Assembly (NCBI GenBank): GCA_016839945.1
Contig: JAEOTE010000055.1
Coordinates: forward strand, 1 to 24,502
Direction of reading: 5' to 3'
Length of the DNA stretch: 24,502 nt
From: Candidatus Heimdallarchaeota archaeon
GTDB taxonomy: Archaea; Asgardarchaeota; Heimdallarchaeia; Heimdallarchaeales; Heimdallarchaeaceae
Positions 1 to 9,217 of this stretch are shown here, piece after piece. The notes beneath the pieces were generated by a model, which searched no databases, was not told the origin of the DNA, and saw nothing but the letters and a program-made list of their open reading frames with translations. The stretch's first letter is position 1. Each line of letters begins with the position of its first letter. Both the position numbers and the translations under genes were made by a program.

Positions 1-229
1 GAATATCTCTAAAGAGATCAACATAGCTTTCCTTGAAGTTTCGTATAATTCCATCAACTTCTGAAACTGAATATTGTGCCTTACCAGGGGCTAAAGAATT
101 GCTTTTTATTTCTTCAGCTCTAGCTTTGGCTTGTTCTTCAGAATTAGTTCTGATAACTCTCATATCAGCTAGAAATTTCTTTACCAGTGAACGTACAATA
201 CTAAAAGGACTTTCTGATTCAACTGCCAT
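1..229 (-). CDS. Hypothetical protein, N-terminal part only (runs off the left edge)
   Basis: Manual translation from ATG at 229 gives MAVESESPFSIVRSLVKKFLADMRVIRTNSEEQAKARAEEIK..., open to the window edge. AT-rich TATA-like sequence lies upstream. It is absent from the ORF track because it has no stop in the window. Confidence 0.7.
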   Translation of the reverse strand, partial: MAVESESPFSIVRSLVKKFLADMRVIRTNSEEQAKARAEEIKSNSLAPGKAQYSVSEVDGIIRNFKESYVDLFRDI

Positions 230-340
230 ATATTTCAGCTCTATCCTTTATATTATAGATGATAATAAGTATTTAAGGTATAAATTAATTTCGTAACTGA
301 TAGCTAGAATTTAAGGTGAAATGGAGATTTTCTTACTTAT

Positions 341-1033
341 TTATTCAAGATAGAGATTCAATCTAAACAAATTATCCCTATATTCATCTATTTCTTGTAA
401 GAATCCCGGTAATTGTTGATACGGAAGAATGGCTATATCTTCATGAAATTGAACAACATTGTCTCTCCATGAGATAACCAGCGGGATAATAAGGAGTTTT
501 CTTCTTAAGGGAAGGGACAATTTTCTGATTAGTTCATCAGATAAAATAGGAAACATCTCCACTAAAATTTCAGCTCTGTCTCTCTGTTTATCAGCAGCTT
601 CTTTCAACATTGCAGAAGAAGCTTTTTGGTGATATTTACAGTCAATAATAAACAGATATGGATACTTAAAAGCAAGCACATCAATTTCATATCTGGTAAA
701 CTCATCTTTGAATCTAAAATTTGTTATAACTGTAAAATCCATCTGATCAAAAACTGTTGCAATTATATTTTCAAATTGTTTCCAATCTAATATCCTACTT
801 ATTGATAGTGCATCGACACCTGATTTGATTATCTCAGAAATAATATCTCTTTCTTCCTTTTCTGAAAATTCTTTTCTAAAAAAGAAACTATCCAGAGTAA
901 AATTTAATGGTTTAATTATTACCAGAATTTTCTCTTTTTCAACTGAAGATAGTTTTGAAAGAACTGTTTTTTCTTTTTTAAAAACATGAAATAAGATAAT
1001 TCTTATTGAACTATTTATCTGCAAAATTCTCAC
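341..1033 (-). CDS. PD-(D/E)XK restriction-endonuclease-fold protein (NERD/Mrr-cat-like)
   Basis: Motifs WKQFE...EIDVLA...IIDCK supply the E, D, D-x-K catalytic set. The GTG start is uncertain. Confidence 0.75.
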   Translation of the reverse strand: MRILQINSSIRIILFHVFKKEKTVLSKLSSVEKEKILVIIKPLNFTLDSFFFRKEFSEKEERDIISEIIKSGVDALSISRILDWKQFENIIATVFDQMDFTVITNFRFKDEFTRYEIDVLAFKYPYLFIIDCKYHQKASSAMLKEAADKQRDRAEILVEMFPILSDELIRKLSLPLRRKLLIIPLVISWRDNVVQFHEDIAILPYQQLPGFLQEIDEYRDNLFRLNLYLE

Positions 1034-1049
1034 TCAAATTAAAGAGGTT

Positions 1050-1814
1050 TTAACTTCCTTTTGCTGATTTCACTCTGTGAATTACAATTTCTCTTGTTAT
1101 CTGTTCAATTGGTTGTGCCACTTTTTGAACACTAAGAGGTCTAGCTCCCTTCTTTAATCTTCCATATTCATCAAGTTTTGCTTTGATATCTGGGCTTCTT
1201 AGGAGAGTCATCAATTCGTTTCTTGCTTGTAAACAGGAAGTTTCTATCACTCGCATATATGCATCTCCTTTATTATTAGATAGACCTTTTTCTATCAAGA
1301 GATCTAAGAATTTGTCAGTTGGAGTTCTTTCTTCAGGGGGAAGATCCATTTTATTTAAAACTATGAGATATGGTAAACTTTTTCCTAATGTATCTCCTTT
1401 TAAGGAAATCAATTCAGTAAGACTTTCAACATTGTCTTCCCACATATTTTTGGTAGGATCAAAGAGAAAAATAAGTCCGTCAGCACCTTCAAGAACAACT
1501 TTTCTTTGAATATAATGTCTTTTTTGCCCTGCTACAGTCCAGACTTGGTATCTTAATTTCGGAACACTTACTCCTTGTCCTTTTGGTAATTCAAATGTAC
1601 TTTGATCATAGAAGATAGTTCTTCCGCTTGGATCATCTATCTTCTTCAGAGAAGAATAGATTGTTTCTGGATCTTCTACTTTTCTTAAAACGTTGTAAAC
1701 TGTAAGCATTGAGGTTTTACCACCCAGAGATGGGCCGTAAATAACGATTTTAAGATAAGGTATACCACTGCCATCAATCTTGAAAATGTCCTTGATAGTA
1801 AGTTTGCCCGACAT
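1050..1814 (-). CDS. MglA-like small Ras-superfamily GTPase
   Basis: KIVIYGPSLGGKTS (G1), GRTIFYD (G2, MglA-type RTLFFD), WTVAGQ (MglA-type TVPGQ instead of DxxGQ), RKVVLEGADG and NKMD (G4). Confidence 0.85.
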   Translation of the reverse strand: MSGKLTIKDIFKIDGSGIPYLKIVIYGPSLGGKTSMLTVYNVLRKVEDPETIYSSLKKIDDPSGRTIFYDQSTFELPKGQGVSVPKLRYQVWTVAGQKRHYIQRKVVLEGADGLIFLFDPTKNMWEDNVESLTELISLKGDTLGKSLPYLIVLNKMDLPPEERTPTDKFLDLLIEKGLSNNKGDAYMRVIETSCLQARNELMTLLRSPDIKAKLDEYGRLKKGARPLSVQKVAQPIEQITREIVIHRVKSAKGS

Positions 1815-1843
1815 ATAGTCCTATCCGCCAATTGTACTGGTGT

Positions 1844-1874
1844 AAAAGATTTGAATTTTTATTAAATCTTTTCC
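1844..1874 (-). promoter_or_regulatory. Putative BRE-TATA promoter of the GTPase gene, overlapped by a 9-bp inverted repeat
   Basis: The minus strand reads GGAAAAGATTTAATA about 50 nt upstream of the ATG. AAAAGATTT (1844-1852) and AAATCTTTT (1864-1872) are perfect reverse complements. Confidence 0.45.
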
Positions 1875-1984
1875 GTTTAGGGTATATTTTTCTATAAGAA
1901 GAAAATCTATTAAACTTTGCTATGGTTTCATTCATGAAATCTGGAAAATATATATGAAAAAAGAGTATTTGAGTTGTTTATTTT

Positions 1985-2668
1985 TTAAAGCCCTTGATTA
2001 TGCTCATTTAGAAGACTTTCCTCGTCTCTATGTAAAGAAACAGCAAGTTCTGCAACGATTCCATCTAGAAATGCTAATGCAGCTTGTTCAAACGCAGTTC
2101 CTTCAGGTGATAAAGTACTATCTAATCCTATATTTCTTCTCTGAATATCAGATTTTGTTCTTCCTTTTAATTTTACAGTAACATCCCCCAATCTACCGAT
2201 GACACTGTTTGGATAACTTGTAAGAACAATAACAAATGGATTATATATCAAATAAGTCTCAACCATTGCTTTTACAATTGGAGTTGTTCCCGATCCACTT
2301 ATCACAATAATTGTATCACCTTCTCTCAATTTGGGTACTGAACGAGTATTAGTAATGAACCTACTTTCTACACCGAAATGTTCCAATCTAGTTTGAAACA
2401 TCTGTCCAACCATTGCACTCCGACCACTAGCAAGAATGTAAATCCTTTTCTCTTTTAAGATATCATCCATTAATCTATCTCTTACTTGTTGAACATATTC
2501 ATAATGTTCTGTCATATGCTGTATATTCTCTTGTAAGTTATCTACCATTAACTCCATTGCTCTGAAAATAACGGGTTTTTCTGTATAACTAGCTAGATAT
2601 TTAATTCTCTCATCCTCGGGTAGAGAACTTTTTTTTTCGATTTCTGTTTTTTCTTCTTTCTTACCCAT
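1985..2668 (-). CDS. hxlB: SIS-domain sugar isomerase, 6-phospho-3-hexuloisomerase (HxlB/Phi)-like
   Basis: SGRSAMVGQMFQTRLEHFG, IVISGSGTT and PEGTAFEQAALAFLD resemble HxlB motifs (GRSG..FAMRL.HLG; SGSG.T; PMGT.FEQ). It has a charged N-terminal extension. Confidence 0.75.
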   Translation of the reverse strand: MGKKEEKTEIEKKSSLPEDERIKYLASYTEKPVIFRAMELMVDNLQENIQHMTEHYEYVQQVRDRLMDDILKEKRIYILASGRSAMVGQMFQTRLEHFGVESRFITNTRSVPKLREGDTIIVISGSGTTPIVKAMVETYLIYNPFVIVLTSYPNSVIGRLGDVTVKLKGRTKSDIQRRNIGLDSTLSPEGTAFEQAALAFLDGIVAELAVSLHRDEESLLNEHNQGL

Positions 2669-2884
2669 CTAAACCACATATAAGGATACAAATTTTAGGA
2701 AATTATTAAGATTTTAACTTTAGTTGTTATTGGATTTTTAATTAGGTTATTTATCAAGTTAACTAGTACATTTAATACATTTTGTTGATAATCTATTGAA
2801 ACAAAAAAACAATGTGAATATCAATTCTATATTTATGTTATTTGTCTAGAAATAAACATATAAGTAATAAAACTACATAGACTA

Positions 2885-5824
2885 TTGATTAATGTGAAAA
2901 TATTGGAGAAAATTTGGAAAAAACCAAAATACCTTGCAATTGGTATAATACTATTTTGGTTATTAATTGTCTCCACAAATTTTAACAAAGTCCTCAATGT
3001 TTTTGATTACGTTAGTGAAGAAGGAACAAATGTTGCTACAGGGTCCACTACTGAATCAAAAACAGGATTAGATATTTTAGCTAGATTTAGTGATGTTAAT
3101 AGTACATTTCAATTGATTGTTCATAATCCTAATGGATCAATCATTACAGAAGAGTCAAAACAAACAATCACTCAGATAATAAACAACATCACGTATAATC
3201 CAAAAATCGGTCCTTATCTTTCACCAAATTCTCCATATTCCTCATTATATGATGATGCAGATGATATTTTAAGAACAATTTTTTCTCTTCAATGGTATGG
3301 TACACAAATGGCTTTTGCTTCAATTCATTATATCTGGGCAGGAATTGATTTTTTTAATGCTGAATGGATTGATGCATATAACATAACAGGAGATGTTCAA
3401 CAATCTTCCAATGTTAGCAAACTACTCACAATAGATTATGTGACACAGTTATTGCATGATAATAATGAATCAAGATATTCAACTGATGCGGAAACCTTCA
3501 TTAGTTCATTCACTAGTAGTTTTACTTACCACGCTAACATAAGTCTTCCAAATACTACTTCTGAAGCTCTTAATATATCAAAAACCATTATCGCCTCAAA
3601 TGAAACACTGTTTGAATCTTTTTCTTCAGATAACAGACAATATGAATTATTAATTGCTATATCAAGTGAATTCAATGGTAGTGAATGGAATAATCAAGAT
3701 TATGCTTTTGAAAGGATAACTAAATTTCTTTTTGGTGTCAATGATACTTCAAGCATTGACTTTGTAAAAGAAGTTTTTGCAAATGGTGATATTGAAGGAT
3801 TTGTAAGAGCAAAAAATAATTATCTTCTCCCAATATTAAGAAAGGAGGTTTTTGTACCTTCTTTATCTGAAGAAATAATCAACGCATTCTTGATGCAATA
3901 TACCAATTATCAAACTGATCTTGAGGTTACTGATACAACAATCATCGTATTTAATTTAGCTCTAGATCACATAACTGAAAATGGTAAAGGAGCATATTTA
4001 GAGTTAATAAGAATTTTACCTATTCTCAATGAGAATTTTTCTCCAATGGAAGTTTATGCGACTGGAATAGATTATTATGTTATTGAAATATCTCTTGATT
4101 ACGAAAATCAGCTTCATAGAACTGATTTAATTGTAGTTATTACAATAATAGTAATTCTTCTTTTAGTATATAGATCCCCCATCCTACCACTCATTCAAAT
4201 CTTTGTTTTAGGAGTAGCTTTTTGTGTTTCTAGAATATTTTTTGTTGGAGTTGGTAATCTTGTTGGTGGTTTAGCGAGCACTAGTTTAATTATTCTAAGT
4301 GTAAGTCTGCTAGGTGCAACTACTAATTATTGTGTTTTTTTGATGGGTGATTATTTATTGAATCTTAAAAAGCACAAACAGAAAATTTCAGCATTAAAAG
4401 CAACATTGAATAGAACTGCAAGAAGTATAATGATTTCATCAATAGCTCTAGCTGTTGGTTTTGGTGCTTTGATATTTAGTGGTTTTCCTACAGCAACTGG
4501 TTTGGGAATTGGAGGAGCTTTAGGTTTTCTTACTAGTATGCTAGTTTCCCTTACTCTAGTCCCCTCAGTTTTAGTTTTAGTTAATGATAAAATTCTTACA
4601 AAATGGAAACTAGATTTAAAGAAACTCAAAATTCCAAAACTATCTGTTAGTAAAGCATTAAGAAAAGCAGTCAACAATCCAGTCAAAGTTCTTGTAATTG
4701 CACTAATAATAGCAGGAATAGGTATAGGAATTTTCTTTATAGTTCCTTTAGATTATGCTCAAATTACAACAGCACCATCATATTACCAATCAAGACAAGG
4801 TGTTGATGCTATCAATCAGCATATGGGAACAGAATATATTAGTCAAATTATGATCGTATTTCAAACTCCAGAAACAAATCCCTTTCTCCATGAAAACAAT
4901 AGTCTAAATTTTGAGCATATAAACCATATTGTAGATATTGCAGAAAATGCATCGATTCAGGCAAATGTAACGCGGATTATTGGATTAAGTCATCCTCTAG
5001 GACAACCTTATACTGAAAGTTTGCAAAATACATCTTTATTCTTAAGAGAAGAAATCTATATTCTTATGAAGAATTTTGTGATGGCTGAAGAAACTATAGC
5101 AATCGTTGTTTTTGGTTCACAGTTCAAAGAAGGAGATGAATTACTTGATGAACAAATCGTTACTATCAGAGAGAGTATTGAAGAACAAAAAGAAGTAAAG
5201 AATCTCATTCAATGGAACACGTACGTAACAGGTTTTGCTCCAAGACTTTATGATACGAAAAATGAAATTGCAAAAATTTTCAACTTAATATTTGCACTTA
5301 CTTCTTTAGCTATTGTAGTTTTGCTTTTTATCTTTCTTAGAAAATTCTTTATGTCATTACGAGTACTTGTTACTATTCTCATTTCCTTAGGAATGAGTTT
5401 AGGAATATTTGCGATATTTAGTCTTATCTTCTTTGGTGGTTTTATTTATTGGATAGTTCCTTTGATGTTGTTCGGTGTTCTTACTGCACTTGGGTTAGAT
5501 TTTGATGTTCTATTTCTAGGTATTTTCATACATATAAATAAAGAGAAGGACGATCCCAAATCATCAATAGTTGATTCAGTAGAACAAACAATGAATAATA
5601 TATCTATAGCAGGATTAATTATGGCTGCCACTTACTTAAGCTTGCTATTTACCTCTTCAGTCCAAATGCAGCAATTAGGTCTGGGTCTTGGTATTGGTAT
5701 ACTGATTGATGTCTTTATTTCAAGAATATTTATTGTTCCTCCAGCTGTCATAATTACATTCAAGGAGAGTAAGAAGAAGAAAAAAATAAACAGTGAATCA
5801 GAAGGTGAAACAAATGAAGTATAG
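2885..5824 (+). CDS. MMPL-family (RND superfamily) transporter
   Basis: Two repeats, each with 1 TM, a large extracytoplasmic domain and 5 TMs. Motifs include VYRSPILPLI, GATTNYCVFL, SLTLVPS, ALGLDFD, IAGLIMAATY and ILIDVFISRIFIVPP. Confidence 0.88.
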   Translation: MINVKILEKIWKKPKYLAIGIILFWLLIVSTNFNKVLNVFDYVSEEGTNVATGSTTESKTGLDILARFSDVNSTFQLIVHNPNGSIITEESKQTITQIINNITYNPKIGPYLSPNSPYSSLYDDADDILRTIFSLQWYGTQMAFASIHYIWAGIDFFNAEWIDAYNITGDVQQSSNVSKLLTIDYVTQLLHDNNESRYSTDAETFISSFTSSFTYHANISLPNTTSEALNISKTIIASNETLFESFSSDNRQYELLIAISSEFNGSEWNNQDYAFERITKFLFGVNDTSSIDFVKEVFANGDIEGFVRAKNNYLLPILRKEVFVPSLSEEIINAFLMQYTNYQTDLEVTDTTIIVFNLALDHITENGKGAYLELIRILPILNENFSPMEVYATGIDYYVIEISLDYENQLHRTDLIVVITIIVILLLVYRSPILPLIQIFVLGVAFCVSRIFFVGVGNLVGGLASTSLIILSVSLLGATTNYCVFLMGDYLLNLKKHKQKISALKATLNRTARSIMISSIALAVGFGALIFSGFPTATGLGIGGALGFLTSMLVSLTLVPSVLVLVNDKILTKWKLDLKKLKIPKLSVSKALRKAVNNPVKVLVIALIIAGIGIGIFFIVPLDYAQITTAPSYYQSRQGVDAINQHMGTEYISQIMIVFQTPETNPFLHENNSLNFEHINHIVDIAENASIQANVTRIIGLSHPLGQPYTESLQNTSLFLREEIYILMKNFVMAEETIAIVVFGSQFKEGDELLDEQIVTIRESIEEQKEVKNLIQWNTYVTGFAPRLYDTKNEIAKIFNLIFALTSLAIVVLLFIFLRKFFMSLRVLVTILISLGMSLGIFAIFSLIFFGGFIYWIVPLMLFGVLTALGLDFDVLFLGIFIHINKEKDDPKSSIVDSVEQTMNNISIAGLIMAATYLSLLFTSSVQMQQLGLGLGIGILIDVFISRIFIVPPAVIITFKESKKKKKINSESEGETNEV

Positions 5825-7433
5825 GTGTTTGTATACTGCTTTATTACTTATTGGTATCTTGTTATTACCTATAAAGTATACAAAATCTGATGATTCAAAT
5901 ATTGATTTTAGGAGTGCCAGTTTTAATAACAAAGGTTATGATATCACATATGAGATTGTTCAGGGAGAAAACATAGAAAATATGTTTGCAGATCTAGGAT
6001 TTGATGTATTAGATTCCTTATCAGGAGAATTTCATGTTTTATTAAAAAATAGAAATACAGAAATTCGGGATATTTACATGATTGAATCAGGAAAATATAT
6101 TCCTACATATGAATCTGTTTATTCTTCAGAATGTTATATAGTTGTTTCAAATCCAGTTAAAGTAGAATTAAATACATCAAGTGAATTTTTAACTGGTTTC
6201 ATTGGGTACAATTACAGACCAGTAGAATCAAAGATTATTCAAGCCGAAATACCTGAAACATCTTCATTTCATATTCCTAAAATATTCACAAATATAACAA
6301 GGCCTAATTTTGCTTCCATTATTGAAGAAATAGATTATTTTGACTTCTTACCAATTATATTGAATGATAATTATGAAAGATTCGAATCAGAATTTGCTTC
6401 TTTGGTTCTAGAACAATCATTCTCTGCTAAAATATATAATCAAGGTTATAATGAGTTTACAGTCTCACTTGATGTTGATATTGAACCTGCTATTTCTATG
6501 AGAGCTTCTTGGGATAAATCCAATGGTTTACTAACATCATTTTCTCTCCATATTATTTACGGAAACAAGAAAAACAATTTTGTATTATCTTTAGTTGATT
6601 ATAAGGAAATAATTTCTCCTACAATTATTCCTGTAAAGATGATGTATATAACAAATAGTTATGCAAATTACACGCTCTATCAGCAGAAAAACTCAACAGA
6701 AGAGAAATTGGAAGATTGGAAGCACTTCATTGATTTGTTAAATCAGACAAATGGTTTGAGGTATACTTTCGCTAGAAGCGGTTTAGAATTTGATTGGAAT
6801 CTCTATATTTTTGATGCAGAAAATTCATTATTCACGCAATCACATCCTTTACAGAATTCAATAATCACGATAATACCTCCAGCTTTAATTCCTGTTTGGG
6901 AAAGATATTCTGGCATAGTTTACTTAATTGATAATGTCTGGCAACAGCTGCAAGAGACACTTGTAGGTTATCAATTTATAGTATCTGGTGTAACTCAATC
7001 ACTTTTTACTCTTAGAGATGCTAATCTTCGAATGGAGTATTTCTTTGAAGAAAACATTCATCATTTGATTTGGGATGTTTCTTATGATTTTCAGGAAATA
7101 AACTCTCTCACTCTTGAAATTAAAGATTTCATTAAAGAAATTAAAACAAATATGACAGGATGGATTGCTTATTCAAACGAAGGTGATTTAGTAGGATTCT
7201 CAAGTTTCTTCCAAGAACATTTTCATGCTTACTACGATCCAGAGGAACCAGATTATGGTAATAATTATCAATACGAATTTTATATAGAATCAGTACCAGA
7301 AAATATTACTATACCAGAATTTACTGAAATAGAAAAAACCTCATTCACATCTAATCTATTGCAGATAGTTTTTTATTCAATAATCGTGATTCCTATCTAT
7401 AGGGTAAGAGGAAAAAAGAAGGATAAAATATGA
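5814..7433 (+). CDS. Secreted, C-terminally membrane-anchored hypothetical surface protein
   Basis: ATG at 5814 follows a GGTGA SD (5804-5808). It has a signal peptide (MKYRCLYTALLLIGILLLP), several N-x-S/T sequons, and a C-terminal hydrophobic segment plus basic tail (RVRGKKKDKI). It overlaps the MMPL stop. Confidence 0.75.
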   Translation: MKYRCLYTALLLIGILLLPIKYTKSDDSNIDFRSASFNNKGYDITYEIVQGENIENMFADLGFDVLDSLSGEFHVLLKNRNTEIRDIYMIESGKYIPTYESVYSSECYIVVSNPVKVELNTSSEFLTGFIGYNYRPVESKIIQAEIPETSSFHIPKIFTNITRPNFASIIEEIDYFDFLPIILNDNYERFESEFASLVLEQSFSAKIYNQGYNEFTVSLDVDIEPAISMRASWDKSNGLLTSFSLHIIYGNKKNNFVLSLVDYKEIISPTIIPVKMMYITNSYANYTLYQQKNSTEEKLEDWKHFIDLLNQTNGLRYTFARSGLEFDWNLYIFDAENSLFTQSHPLQNSIITIIPPALIPVWERYSGIVYLIDNVWQQLQETLVGYQFIVSGVTQSLFTLRDANLRMEYFFEENIHHLIWDVSYDFQEINSLTLEIKDFIKEIKTNMTGWIAYSNEGDLVGFSSFFQEHFHAYYDPEEPDYGNNYQYEFYIESVPENITIPEFTEIEKTSFTSNLLQIVFYSIIVIPIYRVRGKKKDKI

Positions 7434-9217
7434 AAAATGAGCAACTTCAATCTAAGAAATATGTTTTAGATACAAATTTCTTTATTAGCGGTTTTGAGAA
7501 GAATCCTGCTGATTTTAATATATTCTTAGAGATTGCTCAAGACTTAGAAATTGAACTTTACGTATCCAATCACATCATGCAAGAAATCAGATGGTATTTA
7601 AGGAGGAGAGTTAAAGATCCTGTTCAATTTATAAGAATCCCAATAAAAGAAATCCGAGAGTATAAAGAGGAAATAGAAAAAGAACAAGTTTCCACACCTA
7701 GTCTAAATGATTTATCTAACATAGTAGTAGCAAAAAGAATAGGAGGGATTGTAATATCTAGCGATTTGAAGCTAGTAAAAACATGTGAAGCTTTGGATGT
7801 TCCAGTTCTTATTAGTTCTTCCTTTATATTCCTGTTGAACAATGTTAGCACAAAGACTGAACAAAAAGTAATGTTAGAAAAAATCTATGACACTATTCTT
7901 TCAGATGAGATAAGACATTCAGTAGAAAAAAGACAAACCTATGACCCAGTTACAAGAATAAAGAAAATCCAAGAACATGCTCTTTCAGTTCTTCAGAATA
8001 TATCTAAAGTTAATCATGTAAAACAAGAAGTTGTTCAAGAACAGCATTATCTTCTTCCTGAAGAGAGCAATTTGATTGAGATAATGAATGAAATAGAATT
8101 TGAGTTTCCAATTTTTCTAGATCAATTAGAAAAAGGAAACCTAGAAGTTCTCCGTTTTGAATTAATTGAAGCATATACAGTACTGTCAGATTTATCTTTA
8201 GAATTGAGAGTAGCATTAATGGATAAAGAAAGCTATACTGAAGAGCTTGCGATTAGATTAAAGGCACGAATTTTATTTCTACTTAGTGTAGCAGAGTTTA
8301 CTCTTTTGGATTTAGAAAAATTGGATGGGCATCTTAATATCTTAATAGAAATTTCTCTAGTATATCCAAAATTAGTTGCAGATTTTTTCATGGACTTACA
8401 TTTTCTCAGAATGGTATATTTTCTTGTCACCAACAATCATGAACGTTTAAAGGGATATTATTCTGAAAAATTTCTTTTCTTATGTGAAAAGCAAGAAAGA
8501 ATAGATCTTCTGAGACTTACAAGAGTTGTGATTTTAGCTTCAACAATCATGGAAAGTGGATTGATTGATAAGAGAGCTGTTATAGATGGAAAAGATGAGA
8601 TTTCACTTCTAATCCAAATTGGGTATATATTGCTTCAGAATGAACAATTTGAACACGCTTTACTTATTCTTTTACAGTCACACTACCTTGCTGTAAACCT
8701 AAAGAATCAGCTTCATGCTAAAGACACTCTAGAACTTCTAGTCATTTTACATTATTCTATCAAAGAAAGATGCACAGAAGAGATTTTTCAAGGTATAGAG
8801 GACTTAAAAGAATTAGGGGTTTTTGAGTTACCAAACATCAGTTTTGCAGATATTAATGAGCTACAAAGAATCGTTACAACTGAATTTGTACCTTTAGATG
8901 ATTTATCTTCATTTCTAAAAGATTGGTTCTACATTTATCATGCAGGAACTGTAGTCAGAGAAGGTGAAATTTCATCATTTATTCTTATGAAGAATCCATA
9001 TTTTTCTCCTAGAATTGCATTGATTAGAAAGACACCCTTTTCTTCATATGACACAAGTCCAGGAAGACAAATCAAGTTATTCGAAGGAAATGCTAAAATC
9101 TCAATTCCTAAAGAAACAACAATTGATGGTTTCCCTATTGATCTAGTTGTTGAGTTTCAAGAAAAGGACAGCAAGTTCATTTTCCGCGGACCTTTTGGAA
9201 TGAAAATCATTCTGTAG
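7430..9217 (+). CDS. PIN-domain protein with a long helical region and a C-terminal beta-rich domain
   Basis: N-terminal VLDTNFF...MQE...NDL...ISSDLKL is a PIN pattern. ATGA start/stop overlap with the upstream gene. Confidence 0.75.
   Translation: MKNEQLQSKKYVLDTNFFISGFEKNPADFNIFLEIAQDLEIELYVSNHIMQEIRWYLRRRVKDPVQFIRIPIKEIREYKEEIEKEQVSTPSLNDLSNIVVAKRIGGIVISSDLKLVKTCEALDVPVLISSSFIFLLNNVSTKTEQKVMLEKIYDTILSDEIRHSVEKRQTYDPVTRIKKIQEHALSVLQNISKVNHVKQEVVQEQHYLLPEESNLIEIMNEIEFEFPIFLDQLEKGNLEVLRFELIEAYTVLSDLSLELRVALMDKESYTEELAIRLKARILFLLSVAEFTLLDLEKLDGHLNILIEISLVYPKLVADFFMDLHFLRMVYFLVTNNHERLKGYYSEKFLFLCEKQERIDLLRLTRVVILASTIMESGLIDKRAVIDGKDEISLLIQIGYILLQNEQFEHALLILLQSHYLAVNLKNQLHAKDTLELLVILHYSIKERCTEEIFQGIEDLKELGVFELPNISFADINELQRIVTTEFVPLDDLSSFLKDWFYIYHAGTVVREGEISSFILMKNPYFSPRIALIRKTPFSSYDTSPGRQIKLFEGNAKISIPKETTIDGFPIDLVVEFQEKDSKFIFRGPFGMKIIL

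Noticed and set aside
33-296. ORF-track 87-aa plus-strand ORF
   Set aside because: It is the antisense shadow of the partial minus-strand CDS starting at 229.
341-9217. Defence island (nuclease + GTPase + PIN)
   Set aside because: There is no methyltransferase, antitoxin, integrase or visible compositional shift, and the context looks like core chromosome.
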